The notes under the pieces are model-generated. The model was not told where the DNA came from. It did not search any database and worked only from the letters and a program-made list of their open reading frames with translations. A stretch of 64,000 nt of DNA, from contig MU053810.1 of assembly GCA_013239625.1 (NCBI GenBank), positions 4,372,071 to 4,436,070 of the forward strand. The letters are read 5' to 3'. This DNA is from Lama guanicoe (Eukaryota). How positions within the stretch are numbered: the stretch's first letter is position 1; every line of letters begins with the position of its first letter. Position numbers and translations under genes: made by a program. Of the stretch, positions 13,549-27,368 are shown piece after piece.

Positions 13549-14376
13549 TTAAAATGCTTTTATATAAAATCACTTTGAACCACAAAAAATAGAAGAAGAA
13601 AAAAACATGACTCTTCCTCAACATTACTTAGACTTAGGGACTTGACATCTTAGTGGAATCTTAGACGTGATTCTCACTGAGTCCTAGAGAAGTTGACTGA
13701 TGTGCCCAAGTTTACGTAGCCATTCCCAGCGGTGGCACAACTGATGCTCAAACCACTCTCTGCTCATTCTCACTCTAGTAAAATTTATATTTTAAGGTGG
13801 AAAAGTGTTGCATTCCTGAAGCATGAACAACCCCACATTTTATGCTCCCTTAAAACTTTTTCTCTTCATACCTTTCTTAAAGGAAAGTATATTGTAATAA
13901 AGTCTCATGCGTGCCCTTCCTTTTTTTCTCATTTAAGATAATTTTCTTAACAATTGTATTGTAAAATAAAACATAGGTACAGAAAACCATGCAAAACATT
14001 TTTTATTTGTTTGTTTTCCCAGGGGAGATTTGGGATTATTCTTGCCTGACCCTTAGTGATGCTTGTGGTTCTCAGCCCTGCCTCTCCCTCTGCACTTCTG
14101 TTCTCTTCCAGCTGATGCTCTACTAGGGAAGCGAACTTCCCAGATCTTACTCAGCCCCACTGCCTCCCGGGCCCGCCCATCTTTGTGTTTCTGGATGGGC
14201 TGCTGCAAAGCTCTCATCCTGGGACTTTTCTGTGCTGATTTCAACTGATTTTGTGTTTTAAAATAAATAACTTATTTCTTACTCCTCATCTCCTTGCTCT
14301 GCCTTCTGGAGGATTTCTGTCACTTTATCCTCCAGCTTGGTGATCAATTTTTAAGTTTTTAATGTTTAAGCTTTTT

Positions 14377-15832
<1,456 letters not shown>

Positions 15833-15848
15833 AATGTTGAAGCTTTTT

Positions 15849-16120
15849 AAATGTTGGCAGTTTTCATTTCATTTTCCAAGAATTATCTTTTGTTCACTGA
15901 CTGTTTCTCTTTTGTAGCCTCCTGGATTTATTTTGTGGAGACAGTATTTTCTCTCTCTGATGATAGCGTGGAATATATTTCAAATTTTCCTCTATTCTCT
16001 GCGGCTTCTTATTTTCCCATGTGATCTTTCTTCCTGGTGTTTGTCTTGGTTTGTCCTTTCCAGCAGGAAGCTTTGCTCGGTGTCAGGTGACCTGGGCTAT
16101 CTGTCCTGAAAGCCTGACTG
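15849..16120 (-). mobile_element. Ancient L1M/HAL1-like fragment interrupted by the RALY retrocopy (other part about 14280-14360)
   Basis: cactttatcctccagc upstream and ttccaagaattatctttttgttcactgactgttt downstream resemble old L1 ORF1-region consensus. Confidence 0.5.
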
Positions 16121-18344
16121 AGGGTTCATTTTGGGAGGACTGGCTGTGCTGACAGGTGAACCTCACTGTCAGGTGATCCGGGGACTGTTCAAACATGACA
16201 GATGGCAGGTGGCATTATTTGGAGACTCTCTTTGAGGTCTTAAGTTTCTGCAGGGCAGAATCATCCAGTTTAACTGGCTGACAGCGTTCTGGAAGCAGGA
16301 CCAGGGAAGGTGTCCAAAGATCCCAGCATTCAACATGTAGAGTTTTATCTCATCCCATTTTGAGCCCTTCTCTGCCCAACAGTCTTCACTCCTGGTGCTT
16401 TGAGTCCTGGGTTCATCCAGAGAGAATGCCTCAGATTTCCTGTGGGCGAGGTGTGCTGGGTGGATGGAGAAGGAAGGGAGAAACATTTGGTAAGGCATCA
16501 GAGAAGCCCACTACTCATTCAACCATCCCCCTACTTCGGCTTTGTTCCCCTACTGTATCCCCCAGCTTCCTGGTACCCGGTGTCTCCAAGAGCCTTGCTT
16601 TCCTTGGTTTTGGAGGGTGAATCAGCTGGCTCCCTATTGGCCTGGGCCCTCAGCAGCTCTTGAGCCATAATTCTGCTCTGTTCAATCTGTCATCGCTCCT
16701 CTTTCCTTTTCCCTTCCCCAGTGTGTGTTAAAACTTCTCATCTTTGCTGTTTCCTCAAGTTTTCCATGTCCATATGGTTAATGCCTTCTTAAGTTTTGCA
16801 AAAGAGAGGAGATAGGTGGGTGTGGTTAATTCTCTATTTTAAAATCTGGTATCAGCAGGCTTCCTTTGCCCTCTCAGTATTAGCCATTATCTCCATAAAG
16901 GAACTTTAGTTATATGGTCAGTTGTTCAAGGTTGCTTTAAATATTTTCATTTATATTTATATTTAGATCACAGTCTAGAGAAATGCTGTTTGTGTGTCAG
17001 GGGATCCTTTAAAAAAACAGAAAACTAATTACTTGCTCTGATAGCCATGATTTTAAACTGGTTAAGACATTTATCAGTAACATGTATGAGATTAGTCTTG
17101 GTACACTTTGAAATTATATGGAAATTTTGTTTAAAATTCAGATATTCATTTCAAACTATGGCATTTTAGATTGAGTCTTCATTTCAGAGAAATTTTCCTG
17201 AAATAATTTTTTGAAGTTTTAACAACTTCATCTTAGAATTATAAGCATAGATTTCCTCTTTGGAAAGCATTTGCTACATTTAGTCAGCCAAAATTTTGTC
17301 TCATGCTCCTTGATCAGTTGTGAAGGCCCCATTTTTTTTTTGTACCAGTAGTGCTTTTTGAACATAAAAGGGCTATTGGTGACTTTTAATTCAGAGATTA
17401 ATTTTGATTCTGCAAGCCTTTGTCACACCCATAAGCAGATGAGGGTCTATTTCAGAACAGCTAACAACTTAATATGGTTTAAAAAAAAAAACTATTTTCT
17501 ACTCTCTGCAAGGACTTCAGTTTTAATTATTTTATAATCAGAGCAAACGACTTTATTTTACCTGAATGGCTTATGATTTCCTCCTGGAAATGTGTGCCTT
17601 TCTTCATGCACACAAGGACAAGTGTTAATTGCAGGCAAGCTATACTGTAAGATACCTGCAGGTCTCTTAACCTAGTGGAGAACTGTACGTGGCCCTGAAC
17701 TTTTCATTCCTAGTCATTTTAGAGGGGTTGCTCATGAAAGTTCCAATTATAGTGCAAATATACACCAGGAACATTTCCAGCTGCTGTTGTCTTGGGATAA
17801 TTAGAACCACTGAGTTCAACAGGGCCTTAAGAGACAAGGACAGGTCAGTTATAATGGGACCAAACCAAAGAAAACAATGGTGAGTGACATACTCTCCAGC
17901 GTGGAAGAGGTGCGGCGGGTAGGAAGTGGGACTCCCCCAAAGCTGACTGGAAGTGGATGGGGTGCGCCGTGTCCTGGAGTAATTCGTACTGATGCTCCTG
18001 AGATCTGGCAGAGACCGTGTACTAACCAAAGCTCCCCTAGTTACAGAGCCCACCATGTGTTCAAAGTATCTGCATATCCAGTATCTCCTGTTCTTTCTTC
18101 CCAGCAATCCTTTGAATTCAGGGAAGGAAGAGAACAAGTCACACTTTATCAAGAAGGAAACTGGGTACCAGAAAAACAGCGTGATCATCCCCAAGATCCC
18201 ACCGCCAAGAATAAATAAGGGGAAACCAGCATTAGGACCCAAGTTTCTGGCTCTAGGCTGGGGCTCTTCCCTAGACAATGTTTTTCAAAAGACTGCCTGA
18301 AAAACCCCTAAGAGTAGTAGAAGTGGCCAGCAGACCATGAGCTT

Positions 18345-18851
18345 TTAGAGGGCAGTGTCAGGGTGTGCAGGTGGAGAGAGAGGCTGCTGACAGTCATTTT
18401 GAAGTTAGTCATGCGGTGGTCTGATCAGCATCATTTTGATTGTTTTAAGTACAGGTAATCTCCAGTTCCAGGGTTGGTTTGCTCCCACTTCTTTGAGGCC
18501 AGTTCTCAGAATTATGGCAGCTTATGTCCTGGCTGCTGTCTGGTCGTCACGTAGTTAACTTCTTCTACCTGGTGAAGTTTTAGTAGCTACAAGACAGCTC
18601 AAAGGATATGGCTCAGAATATTATCTGTAGCCCTTGAGGAGGAACTAAAGGACTTTGGCTTTGTTTAATGACTAAACAATCATTATTTTGTCCTGTTTGA
18701 CTGTTTCCCTTTGTTTCTGTATTTTCTTCTCTGATTATACTTATTCTTTGACTTAAGTTTTTCTGTAGACGAGAGGCAGGTGGAGGACATGGTGAGGGAC
18801 AGCGGGAGAGATCTGTCCTGTGAAGGACCCCATAGGTCCTGCTCCATTTCA
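18345..18851 (-). mobile_element. ERV1 LTR, MER41-like (artiodactyl type)
   Basis: Sense start tgaaatggagcaggacctatggggtcctt; blocks cccttgaggaggaactaaagg, gtagttaacttcttc, ctccagttccagggttggttt. Left boundary uncertain. Confidence 0.65.
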
Positions 18852-19164
18852 GGAGGACACTGAACACTTGATCTAAGTCACAATTTTGTAGTAAGCTGCC
18901 TAAATCAATGATGTCACTTCTGAAATGTGGCTTTACATGCTCCCTGTCTTCCCACAACAAAATTATGAGGAGTGAGAATGAATGCAAGAGAAAGTCTTCC
19001 TTTGAAAACACGTACAGATTGCTGCCTACATGCATTACAGAAGGAACAATGCAGTGTCTTTTTACTCATTAATTCATTCACAGATACCTTTTACATATCT
19101 ATTGTGTGTCAGATAATGATGCTAGTGGCCAAGGATGTGATTTTTGCAGTGTTAACAAAATGAT

Positions 19165-19607
19165 CTAGGGATCCTGGGTGTCCCTGAGAAATTTCGGGCG
19201 GTATTCAAAGGCCAAACTATTCCCATGATAATACTAAACAGTTACTTGCATTTTCACTCTTATTCTTAATATCTTAACAGAGGAAAGAAAACCTATAGTT
19301 TATTATGCCAGACATTAAAAAGATTTCCAAAAATGTAAAACAGTGCCCTTCTTCTCACTATTTTTTGTTTTATTTTGGAAAAAATACAGCCATTTTTCAT
19401 AAGTATCATGTTCATGTTACTATGTAATGATTTCATTATTATTTTTAATGAATTAGTAAATTAACATTATTAAATATTCACAATTTTGCTTTCCATTATG
19501 GTAAATATTGATAGATATAGCCCATATAAGCAAAAGCACACACTGGTACCCTCCAAAAATTTTAAGAGTATAAAGAATCCTGGAAATGAAAAGTTTACAG
19601 ACTTACT
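19165..19607. mobile_element. hAT-Charlie (Charlie1a-like) DNA transposon remnant
   Basis: aaaaatgtaaaacagtgcccttcttctcact, taaatattgatagatatagcccatataagcaaaagc, aaaagtttacagacttactg. Confidence 0.75.
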
Positions 19608-19664
19608 GAGGGAGAAAATTAAAGCAGGATGTATTCTACCCTTTTGGAGATTATATTGAACTAT

Positions 19665-20110
19665 CTGTAGGCAGCCCCAAAACACTCACTCTTTTCTATA
19701 CACCACCCACTATTGTGAGGGCTGGAAGCCTGAGAACTCATTTCCCAGAATCCCTTACCAGGAGGGCTTCATATTAGATTCTGCCAATGAGACACATTCT
19801 CACAAGATGTAGAAAATAGACCGAAGCCAAAATGTTTCTCCATGGGCAGGTGTCTGAGCTTCAGCAGATGTAAGACTTTTTTCAGCAGCTCTCAGTATTG
19901 CTGTAATCATTGGCTTCAGTGATTCTCACAGCCCTGAGCATCACTAATCATTTCCTGTGGTTCCAGAAATTTCCTGACTCTCTTAAAGCTAGTGGCAAAC
20001 TTGAGTTGTTCTTCTCCTACGGTTTCAACATTTCTGTAACCCTCAAATTCTCTTATTTATATCTCTTTCTGCTTGGAATACCTGGAGAGGTTTTGTTTTC
20101 CTGAGCCAGC
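19665..20110 (+). mobile_element. ERVL solo LTR (LTR33-like)
   Basis: catttcccagaatcccttacc...tagattctgccaatgag; 3' ctctttctgcttggaatacctggagaggttttgttttcctga. Confidence 0.65.
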
Positions 20111-20294
20111 TTACTTTGTGGCTGGAGAGTCAAAGGCCAAATAAACAAATAAATTACAAAGTGCATGCAGACTATGATAAGTACTATGAGAGAAATAAAA
20201 TGAGTGCAGAAGTAAAGGCTAAGAGTAGACACTCTACTCTAGGTTAAAAGATGTATACATCAGAACTATATAATCTGTTCATTTATGATGCTGA

Positions 20295-20428
20295 TTTTTT
20301 TATTGAGTTATAGTCAGTTTACAGTGTTGTGTCAATTTCTGGTGTACAGCACATGCTTCAGTCATGCATGAATATACATATATTCATTTTCATATTCTTT
20401 TTCACTGTGAGCTACTATAAGATATTGT
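20295..20428 (-). mobile_element. Short L1 3' tail
   Basis: tttttattgagttatagtcagttttacagtgttgtgtcaatttctggtgtacagca; flanked by tatgatgctgattt / tatggtgctaattc (degenerate TSD). Confidence 0.75.
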
Positions 20429-21058
20429 ATGGTGCTAATTCTGTATCTGTTTTTGGTTTTCTAAGAAAGTATTCAGTTCTGGGGTTTTTGTTTTGTTTTG
20501 TTCTGTTTTGGGGGGGTTTTGTTTTCGTTTTTGTTTTTTTTGAGTTTCAAGGTATGAGGAAATGAAATCATAAAAGTATATCAGAGAAATGACATTGATT
20601 TTCAGAAATTAATACCAGTGTTCCTTGTCACCATGATTTGTGAATGTGTTATAAAATTTTACAAACTCTTACCATATGGACATGTTTTACACAGAAATTC
20701 TCAGGAACATAATTTAGAATCTTATTACAGAATAGCTTGATATAAAACATTGATTTGGTGATGTGACTAATGAAAAGCAAAATTTCCATTAATTTTTTTA
20801 TTTTAATTTCTGAGAACATTTCTACTTCATTAACTCTTCTGGAAATATCAGCACAGGCTAAGTCCTATGAAATGCAACCTCTAGTGATGGGGGCAGAAAC
20901 CTTGCATTGCACCAACAAAATATATCATACCTCAGCTTGGCAGAAGTAGGGAATGTTCACCATCAGTAATTTATTTAATTTAGATGTTTTACCAACAGTG
21001 TAAGGAAGACAGATGTTGCAATGATATTCGTTAGAGAAAATGGTTGTAGTATGCAGAG

Positions 21059-21083
21059 TGTGTGTGTGTGTGTGTGTGTGTGT
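21059..21083. repeat. (TG)n microsatellite
   Basis: Direct reading. Confidence 0.95.
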
Positions 21084-21475
21084 CTCTGTGTAGTGTGTGT
21101 ATGTGCCTATAGTAAGACTAGATTTCCCTGAACCTTAGAGCTGTCTTCTAAGGTCTGTAAGGCAAAAAAGGATGTGGCTTGGAAGTACACAGGTTTGTTA
21201 TAAGAAACAGTCTTTGAAGTCAAATACCAAATCAGTTCATTTTCCAGATTTCAGAAATCATCAAGGCGAGTGACTGTTCCAAGAACACACCTAGAACATG
21301 GCTACTGCCCCGGCTCTGGGCTCTAGAGCAGTTAATGGAACCTGAGACTCACTGGTCTTCCAGTGCTCAACCTTCTGAATTTAGTATTCTGAAAACAGTG
21401 AACCTTTAAATCTTTTTCTGAATATAAAATGTACTATAATTTTTATATTATATTAGTTTCAGGTGTACTGTCTCT

Positions 21476-21617
21476 TTTTTGGGCTTTTTTGGGGGGGGCG
21501 GTGTAGGTAATTAGATTTGTTTGTTTACTTATTTATTTTAATGGAGGTACTGGGGATTGAACCCGGGACCTTCTGCATGCTAAGCACGTGCTCTACCACT
21601 GAGCTAGACCCTCCCCT
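21476..21617 (-). mobile_element. tRNA-derived SINE (camelid Vic-1-like)
   Basis: Sense ggggagggtctagctcagtggtagagcacgtgcttagcatgcagaaggtcccgggttcaatccccagtacctcc, then an A-rich tail. Confidence 0.85.
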
Positions 21618-22330
21618 GACTAAAATTTACTATAATGTTTTAAGTGCTTTTGAATAACTTCATGTCACCCTTCTCAGTCTGTCATATATAATGAAGCTTA
21701 GAAATATTAAGGAGCTGGATGTATTGCAAATATTTTTATTGGGATTAATTCATTGGTGATAAACAATGCACAGAGGAGAGAAGAACTATGTAATTAAACG
21801 TGTTGTCTCCTAACTTCAAAAGTGAATCATGGCACTTATTTCCCAACTAAGCAGGTGCTATAAAAAGCACCACTTGAGTCAAGGGATTGGATTTTCATCT
21901 TTTTATTTATGAATTCTCCTTAAACCTTTCCCTTTTCTACCTCTTTTCATTAAAACCTCTAAAAGTCATTTTATCTCTTTCCGATAAATATCAATATAAC
22001 TCCTTCATGGTTATTAATATCCTTTTTAAAGTGAGGTGGTCTTTTGGTTTACATTTATTCACAAGAATTCACATTCTTTTCCTAATTTGGTTTCTATGTG
22101 TACCTTTCTCTTCTCCTAATGATGAGTCATATCTGTGGGTGCTGGAAAAAAAGACATTATCTAAAATATATTTAAGAAAAACACAGGCTTTATTTTTCCC
22201 TAAGTTTTTTTCCCCCAGAGGAGGGACATCTGCTTAAAGTGCCACTAGCTTTGTAAAAACTAAATTCCTATAAGAAGAACAACAGAGCCGTGATCAAATG
22301 AAAATTAAGGAATTGTGTTTTAATTATTTT

Positions 22331-23720
22331 ATTATTTTTGTATGCAATAACATCTGAACTTTTATTGGCCTCTCACTCCCCAAAGGGCATCAATTCCACC
22401 TTCTTAATGCCTCAGAACTTCGGGGTCTGAGGTGCCATCCACAAGCCTGAGGGTGGTGGTCTTCTGGATGGTTTGCCTGGAGTTGTTGCTATCCATGGCA
22501 TCACTAAGACTGAAGTCCTCCCCGTCTTCCAGCAGGCAGCGGTAGGTGTTGATCTCAGCCTCCAGCTTGACCCTGATGTTCAGCAGGGCCTCGTACTCCT
22601 GGTTCTGGCATTGCCCCTCTGCCCGGGTCTGGGCCAGCTCCGACTCCAGGTGCAGCAGAGCCCCGTTAAGCTGCTCCATCTGCATGGCGTAGCAGGCCTC
22701 CACCTCCCTCAGGCTGTTCTCCAAGCTGGCCTTCAGGTTTCTCATGGAGTCCAGGTCGATCTCCAAGGACTGTACGTTCCGTCTCAGCTCTGTGAGGGCT
22801 GTCTCGGCAGCTCCTATCTCAGTGGTCTGCGAGGTGACCACTGTGGTGCTCTCCTCAGTCTGCTGGGACCAGTACTTGTCCATCTCCTCTTGGTCCTTCC
22901 GAGCCAGCTCATCATACTGAGCCCGGATGTCTGCCATGATCTTGCTCAGGTCCTCAGACTTGGGGGCATCCAACTCCACGGTCAACCCAGAGTTGGCAGT
23001 CTGGTTTTCTAGACCCTGTACTTCCGCCTCGTGATTCTTCTTCATAAAGAGCAGCTCCTCTTTGAGAGCCTCGATCTCCGTCTCCAGCTGTAGGCGAGTG
23101 ACATTGGTGTCATCAATGACTTTGCAGAGCCCGTGGATGTCATTCTCCACAGACTGGCGCATGGCCAGCTCTGTCTCATACTTGACTGAAATCAGCAGGG
23201 AGACAGTCATTGTCAATCTGCAGAACGATGTGGGCGTTGTCCACAGAATTTGCAAAGATCCGAGCCCTCAGGTCCTCAGTGGTCTTCAGGTAATGCCCCC
23301 AGTCTCGGACCTGGGGTCCCTTCTTCTCTAAGTGTTCCCGAATTTTTCTGTCCAGTCTCCGATTGTCAGCCTCCAGGCTCCTCACCTTCTCCAGGTAGGA
23401 AGCCAGGCGGTCGTTCAGGTTTTGCATGGTCTCCTCGCCCTAGATGCCCCCCATGCCCACCATACACCCGATCATCCGCGTGCCCAGGTTCCCGGAACCC
23501 CAGCCGCCCCAAACGCTGGTGGAGCGGGACACGGAGATCCGAGATCCGGAGCCCCCCGCGTCTGCATAGATGCTGGCCGCGCTGCTGACTGCTCGCGGCG
23601 CGTTGCGCGACTGCACGGAGCCGGTGGACCGGCAGGTGGAGAGGCTGGACTGGGTGCTGAAGCTCACGGTGTCTGTTCTGCGACGAAAGCGGGAGGCCAG
23701 GACTCGGGTGCTGGGCCGTC
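22331..23720 (-). pseudogene. KRT18: Processed pseudogene of keratin 18, full length
   Basis: Intronless SFSTQS...SSAASIYA...[19 protein letters not shown]...EALLNIRVKLEAEINTYR...VLRH* (23667 to 22404). Start ATG>GTG, nonsense TAG at 23440-23442, frameshift near 23185-23195, tail deletion. AATAAA at 22361-22366 (-). TSD ttaattatttt at 22320-22330 and 23721-23731. Confidence 0.96.
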
Positions 23721-25556
23721 TTAATTATTTTTAAATTGCTGCTCAACATCATTTTTACAAGAGGCTCTGATGAAGATAAAATGACTTCTTCACCTGGTAG
23801 CACTGGGTATCGTGGGCAATAAACTGATGGATAAGTTGTAAGTCAGAGAGGAGAGAAGGGCTGGAGAGAAATGAAGTAGGTTATAAAGGCATAGGATTCT
23901 GGAGGAAGAAAGAATCTTGGGAAGCAATTTAATGATCCCTCACTTTATAAATGAGGAAGTTGCAGGAACATGATGTAAAACGAAAGTAAAACTGAGAAGC
24001 CACCCCCTGCAGAATCAGGAGACATCTGGACGTGAAAAGGGGAAAGTGAAAAATAGGAGCCCTTCTCTCAGCTCCAGTTAGGTTTAGGACCAGAATTTTC
24101 AAGTTGTGCTAAGTTGATCAGGTCATCAAACTGCTTGGGTGTCTTCCTGATTTCTGCTCAAAGCTGTGCTTTGCAAACCTAGCCTGTGGAGGGAGTGGGG
24201 GAGGAAGAGTCAGATCTTAAAGCGCTGAGGCTACCTGGACAGTGTTTAGCATCACCCACAGGTCAGCTCTGTGCTGAAAACTACCTTCCCACTGTCCTGT
24301 TTACACTGATTTCTCTGCTGTCTTCCTCATAGCCCATCATCTAGTTACTTAGCAACCCAGACAGACATAGCCCTGGGTCCAGTGCTTAACGGGATTGTAA
24401 AAGCACAAGGAGTTTGCAATCTAATTAGGAAAGAAATAGATGGGCACAGACAGGAAGTGACAGATCACTTGCCTGAGTGTGTGTGAGGAGTCAGAGCTGT
24501 GGTTCAGCAAAGGGAGTGACTTCTGCCCTGGATTTGAGCTGGACCAGGAAACGTGCTTATGTCCTAGATGGGGAAGGAGACGGGGAACTGCATTCTAGGG
24601 AAGGAACAGCATGTGTAAAACACTTTAAGTTGGTAATAAACACCATATAGATCAGGGCCAAAAAGGAAAATGCTCTGTAGGGGGAGCAGGGGTTCATGGT
24701 GAGGAATAGTTTCGGTAGATAACGTTTTGCAGGGACTTGAATACCAGGCTGAAACACTTTATATTTATTTCATTAAATACAACAGTCTTACTCACTACTA
24801 GCCTCTGAATTATTAACCTCTTAAATGGCCTCTGGATATTTAACCTCTTCATGGTGGAAAGCAGAGAAAATAAATTGCTTTGCCATCCATTAAAATAATG
24901 ACACGAAGCCAAGTTGCCTGATTTCCCAAAAACCCATCATTTCATGAGCCACTCCTCGGGGAAAATCACTTTTCTGACTCAGCAATAATATAAAAGAATC
25001 CCTTCTAAACCTCCACATTGAAACGAGCTGGAGCACTTTGGATTGTGCTCCCCGTGTGGGTTTATACGTCTTTATAGCTCTTTCATTGTGGAAATTGTTT
25101 TGGCAAATATGTATTCAGAAGGGCATTCAAAAAGCAAAACCTTCCAACATGGAGAAACTAAAAAGGCAATGGATCTGACAAAGGAGCAGAGAAATCAAAG
25201 TGACAGGGCTTGAATTTCCAGCAAATATATCAGTATTTTGTGTAACTGAAACAAAAGGAGCTGAAACACCCTGCCAACACCAGAGTGACCTCTTAAAGTT
25301 CAAAATGAGACTCAAAAGAAACCAGAATGTGATGAGGGCTGATGCAGGGAAAGGAAATCACTGGAATAAACGCATGGCCAGATGTGAGGGTGAGGATCCA
25401 CCAGGATAAAGGATGGATGGTCCCCATGAGATGTATTTGTTTGGCAGTCATGGGAATCAAGTTCCATCACTTTTTCTTGAAGACCCTCTTACTGGGATGT
25501 CCCAGACAGTGGTCTGGAAGGAGACTTTGATGTCAGGGTATGAATTGTCATGGGGT

Positions 25557-25798
25557 CCCAAGCTCAGTGTCCCTTGATTCCTACAAATGGATCAGAAGAG
25601 CCTATGTGGGAGTTGTGGCAGGGTCACACAGCTTGTCCGACTCCACTGAGCTTGCAACTCCAGAAGGGACACATATGGAGGGGTGGGGAGGGCTGAGGGG
25701 GAGGACAGGAGGACAGACCCACTTAACCAGCCAGATCAACTGAATCAACACTGCAGGACAACAGAATCAGTGATGTCACAGCCAGCTTCACTTCACTC
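25557..25798 (-). pseudogene. Degenerate 7SK snRNA retropseudogene with internal deletion
   Basis: Reverse-complement matches to 7SK: cctacaaatgga, agggacacatatggag, ccagccagatcaactgaatcaac, gatgtcacagccag. Confidence 0.8.
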
Positions 25799-27271
25799 TT
25801 CTTTGTACAAGCATGTCATTTAGGACACTTGCAGTCACTTCTCCCCATGGAGTCTGTTAGCTTTATTTTCATCACCACCTGCATAAGTTGACTGAATAGA
25901 AGGCCTCAGGGCCCCCCTCTATGGCTGTCTGTCCTTTCTTGTACTGGACGGTTTGCCCAGCTCTAGTCCCAGCTGGAAGCAGTCAGTACCTTTGGGACCT
26001 CTGTGTGACGCTCTAGGGAACAGGTAGCTGTCCAGCCATATCAAACTTCTCGGAGTCAGGAGTTTGGCTGGGTATAGGCAGGCTTTTCTAAAACACTGGA
26101 TGGGGGCAGGTCTTCTGAGTCCTCCTGGGTCTCAGCCCAGCTCCTAGGCTTTCTGGAGAACAAAGTAATGGTTTTGAGGTTAAAAGCCCTCCTGCTTCTC
26201 CCTGGTGGACGGGGACATTCTGTTTCAGCTCATAAGTAGATTTGGGGATCCCTCAAGGAAAAGGGAGTGATGAGAGTGACAGAGCCAGCTCTCTTTGGGC
26301 TCCCCTGGTAATGGCTATGTTGTATTCCTACCCCAGCCTGGCCGGAGAAACCCTCACATGATTTCTAACCCACAAGTTCACGACTGCTGAAGCCAAACAT
26401 GACCTCAGTGGTCCTTTAGCTGCCGTATCACATCTGGGTTGGACATGCAGGTGTGTGGGAGTTTGGGTAATGGGGGATCTGGGACGGCTGATGATAGGCA
26501 CTTTGTGCTGATTTTAGGACCTAGGACAGTTCCGCTGCCCCACACCATCTTGCAACATGGGCTATTGGGGTGACTGGGTTCGTTGAAATCCTAAATCCCC
26601 TTCATGAGGAGTTTGCTTTCCTCCCTGCTACCCATGGCAAGCTTTGGAGAAATGGAATAGACAGGATATGTGAAAATAGAAGAGGGGTCTAAGACTAAAT
26701 TTTCAGAAGTTTAAACTCAGAAGCCTTTCTTGAGGGTGTTGTCATGGAAGCCAAAGACCTTGCCAGGTTTTACAAACCAACATTGAGGAAGTTTCTGAGC
26801 ATCGTTGAGCATGTCACCGCCAGGGGGCAATATGAAGCTGTGTCCATGACTCATTGTTTAGGTCTTGACCAAAAAGTTAAATCCAAACCACACAACCCTT
26901 TCTGTCCTGTACAGAAGCTTCTCGAAAGCCCTCAGAGGGCTTTTAAACTTTAAAGCTGTAGCAGTGTTTAGTAAATCCGACAGTATCATTAAGAGTACAT
27001 TGGATGGTCCCCTTAAAACCCATACCAGATTAAGTTTTACTGGGAATATGGTGCTGTTCATTTTCTCATTGAAATGGTCATTTTTCAGTGTATTCCCTGT
27101 CTGAAGTAAGAATGTAGATTTGAATAAGAATGCATTATGGAATGTCCCTGCCCTAACTTGTAATAAAAAAAAAAAGTCTTTTTGTGTCTTGTAAAGCTTT
27201 GCCTTCAATCCATGTTATGACAATTTTAAAGTCTACAAGGGCAGCAGACGGATTCACACTCAGATGAATTA

Positions 27272-27368
27272 TTTCCTTTTTTTTTATAATTGAAGTACAG
27301 TCAGTTTACCATGTTGTGTCAGCTTCTGGTGTACAGCATAACATTTCAGTCATACATATACATACATT
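27272..27368 (-). mobile_element. Very short L1 3' tail with TSD tcagatgaatt
   Basis: Poly(T) + attgaagtacagtcagtttacc...ttctggtgtacagcat; TSD at 27260-27270 and at the right junction. Confidence 0.75.

Noticed and set aside
17667..18278. 203-aa minus-strand ORF beside the LTR (possible ERV gene or novel protein)
   Set aside because: Non-ATG start, and no gag/pol/env or other motif that I can recognise; consistent with a chance ORF.
22404..23255. 283-aa KRT18 ORF as a functional keratin
   Set aside because: It is the remainder after a lost ATG, a nonsense codon and a frameshift. It lacks the head and coil 1A, and the terminal rod motif is mutated (TYRCLL).
25381..25398. gatgtgaggg match to the 7SK 5' end on the plus strand near the 7SK copy
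   Set aside because: Only about 10 nt with no extension; probably chance.
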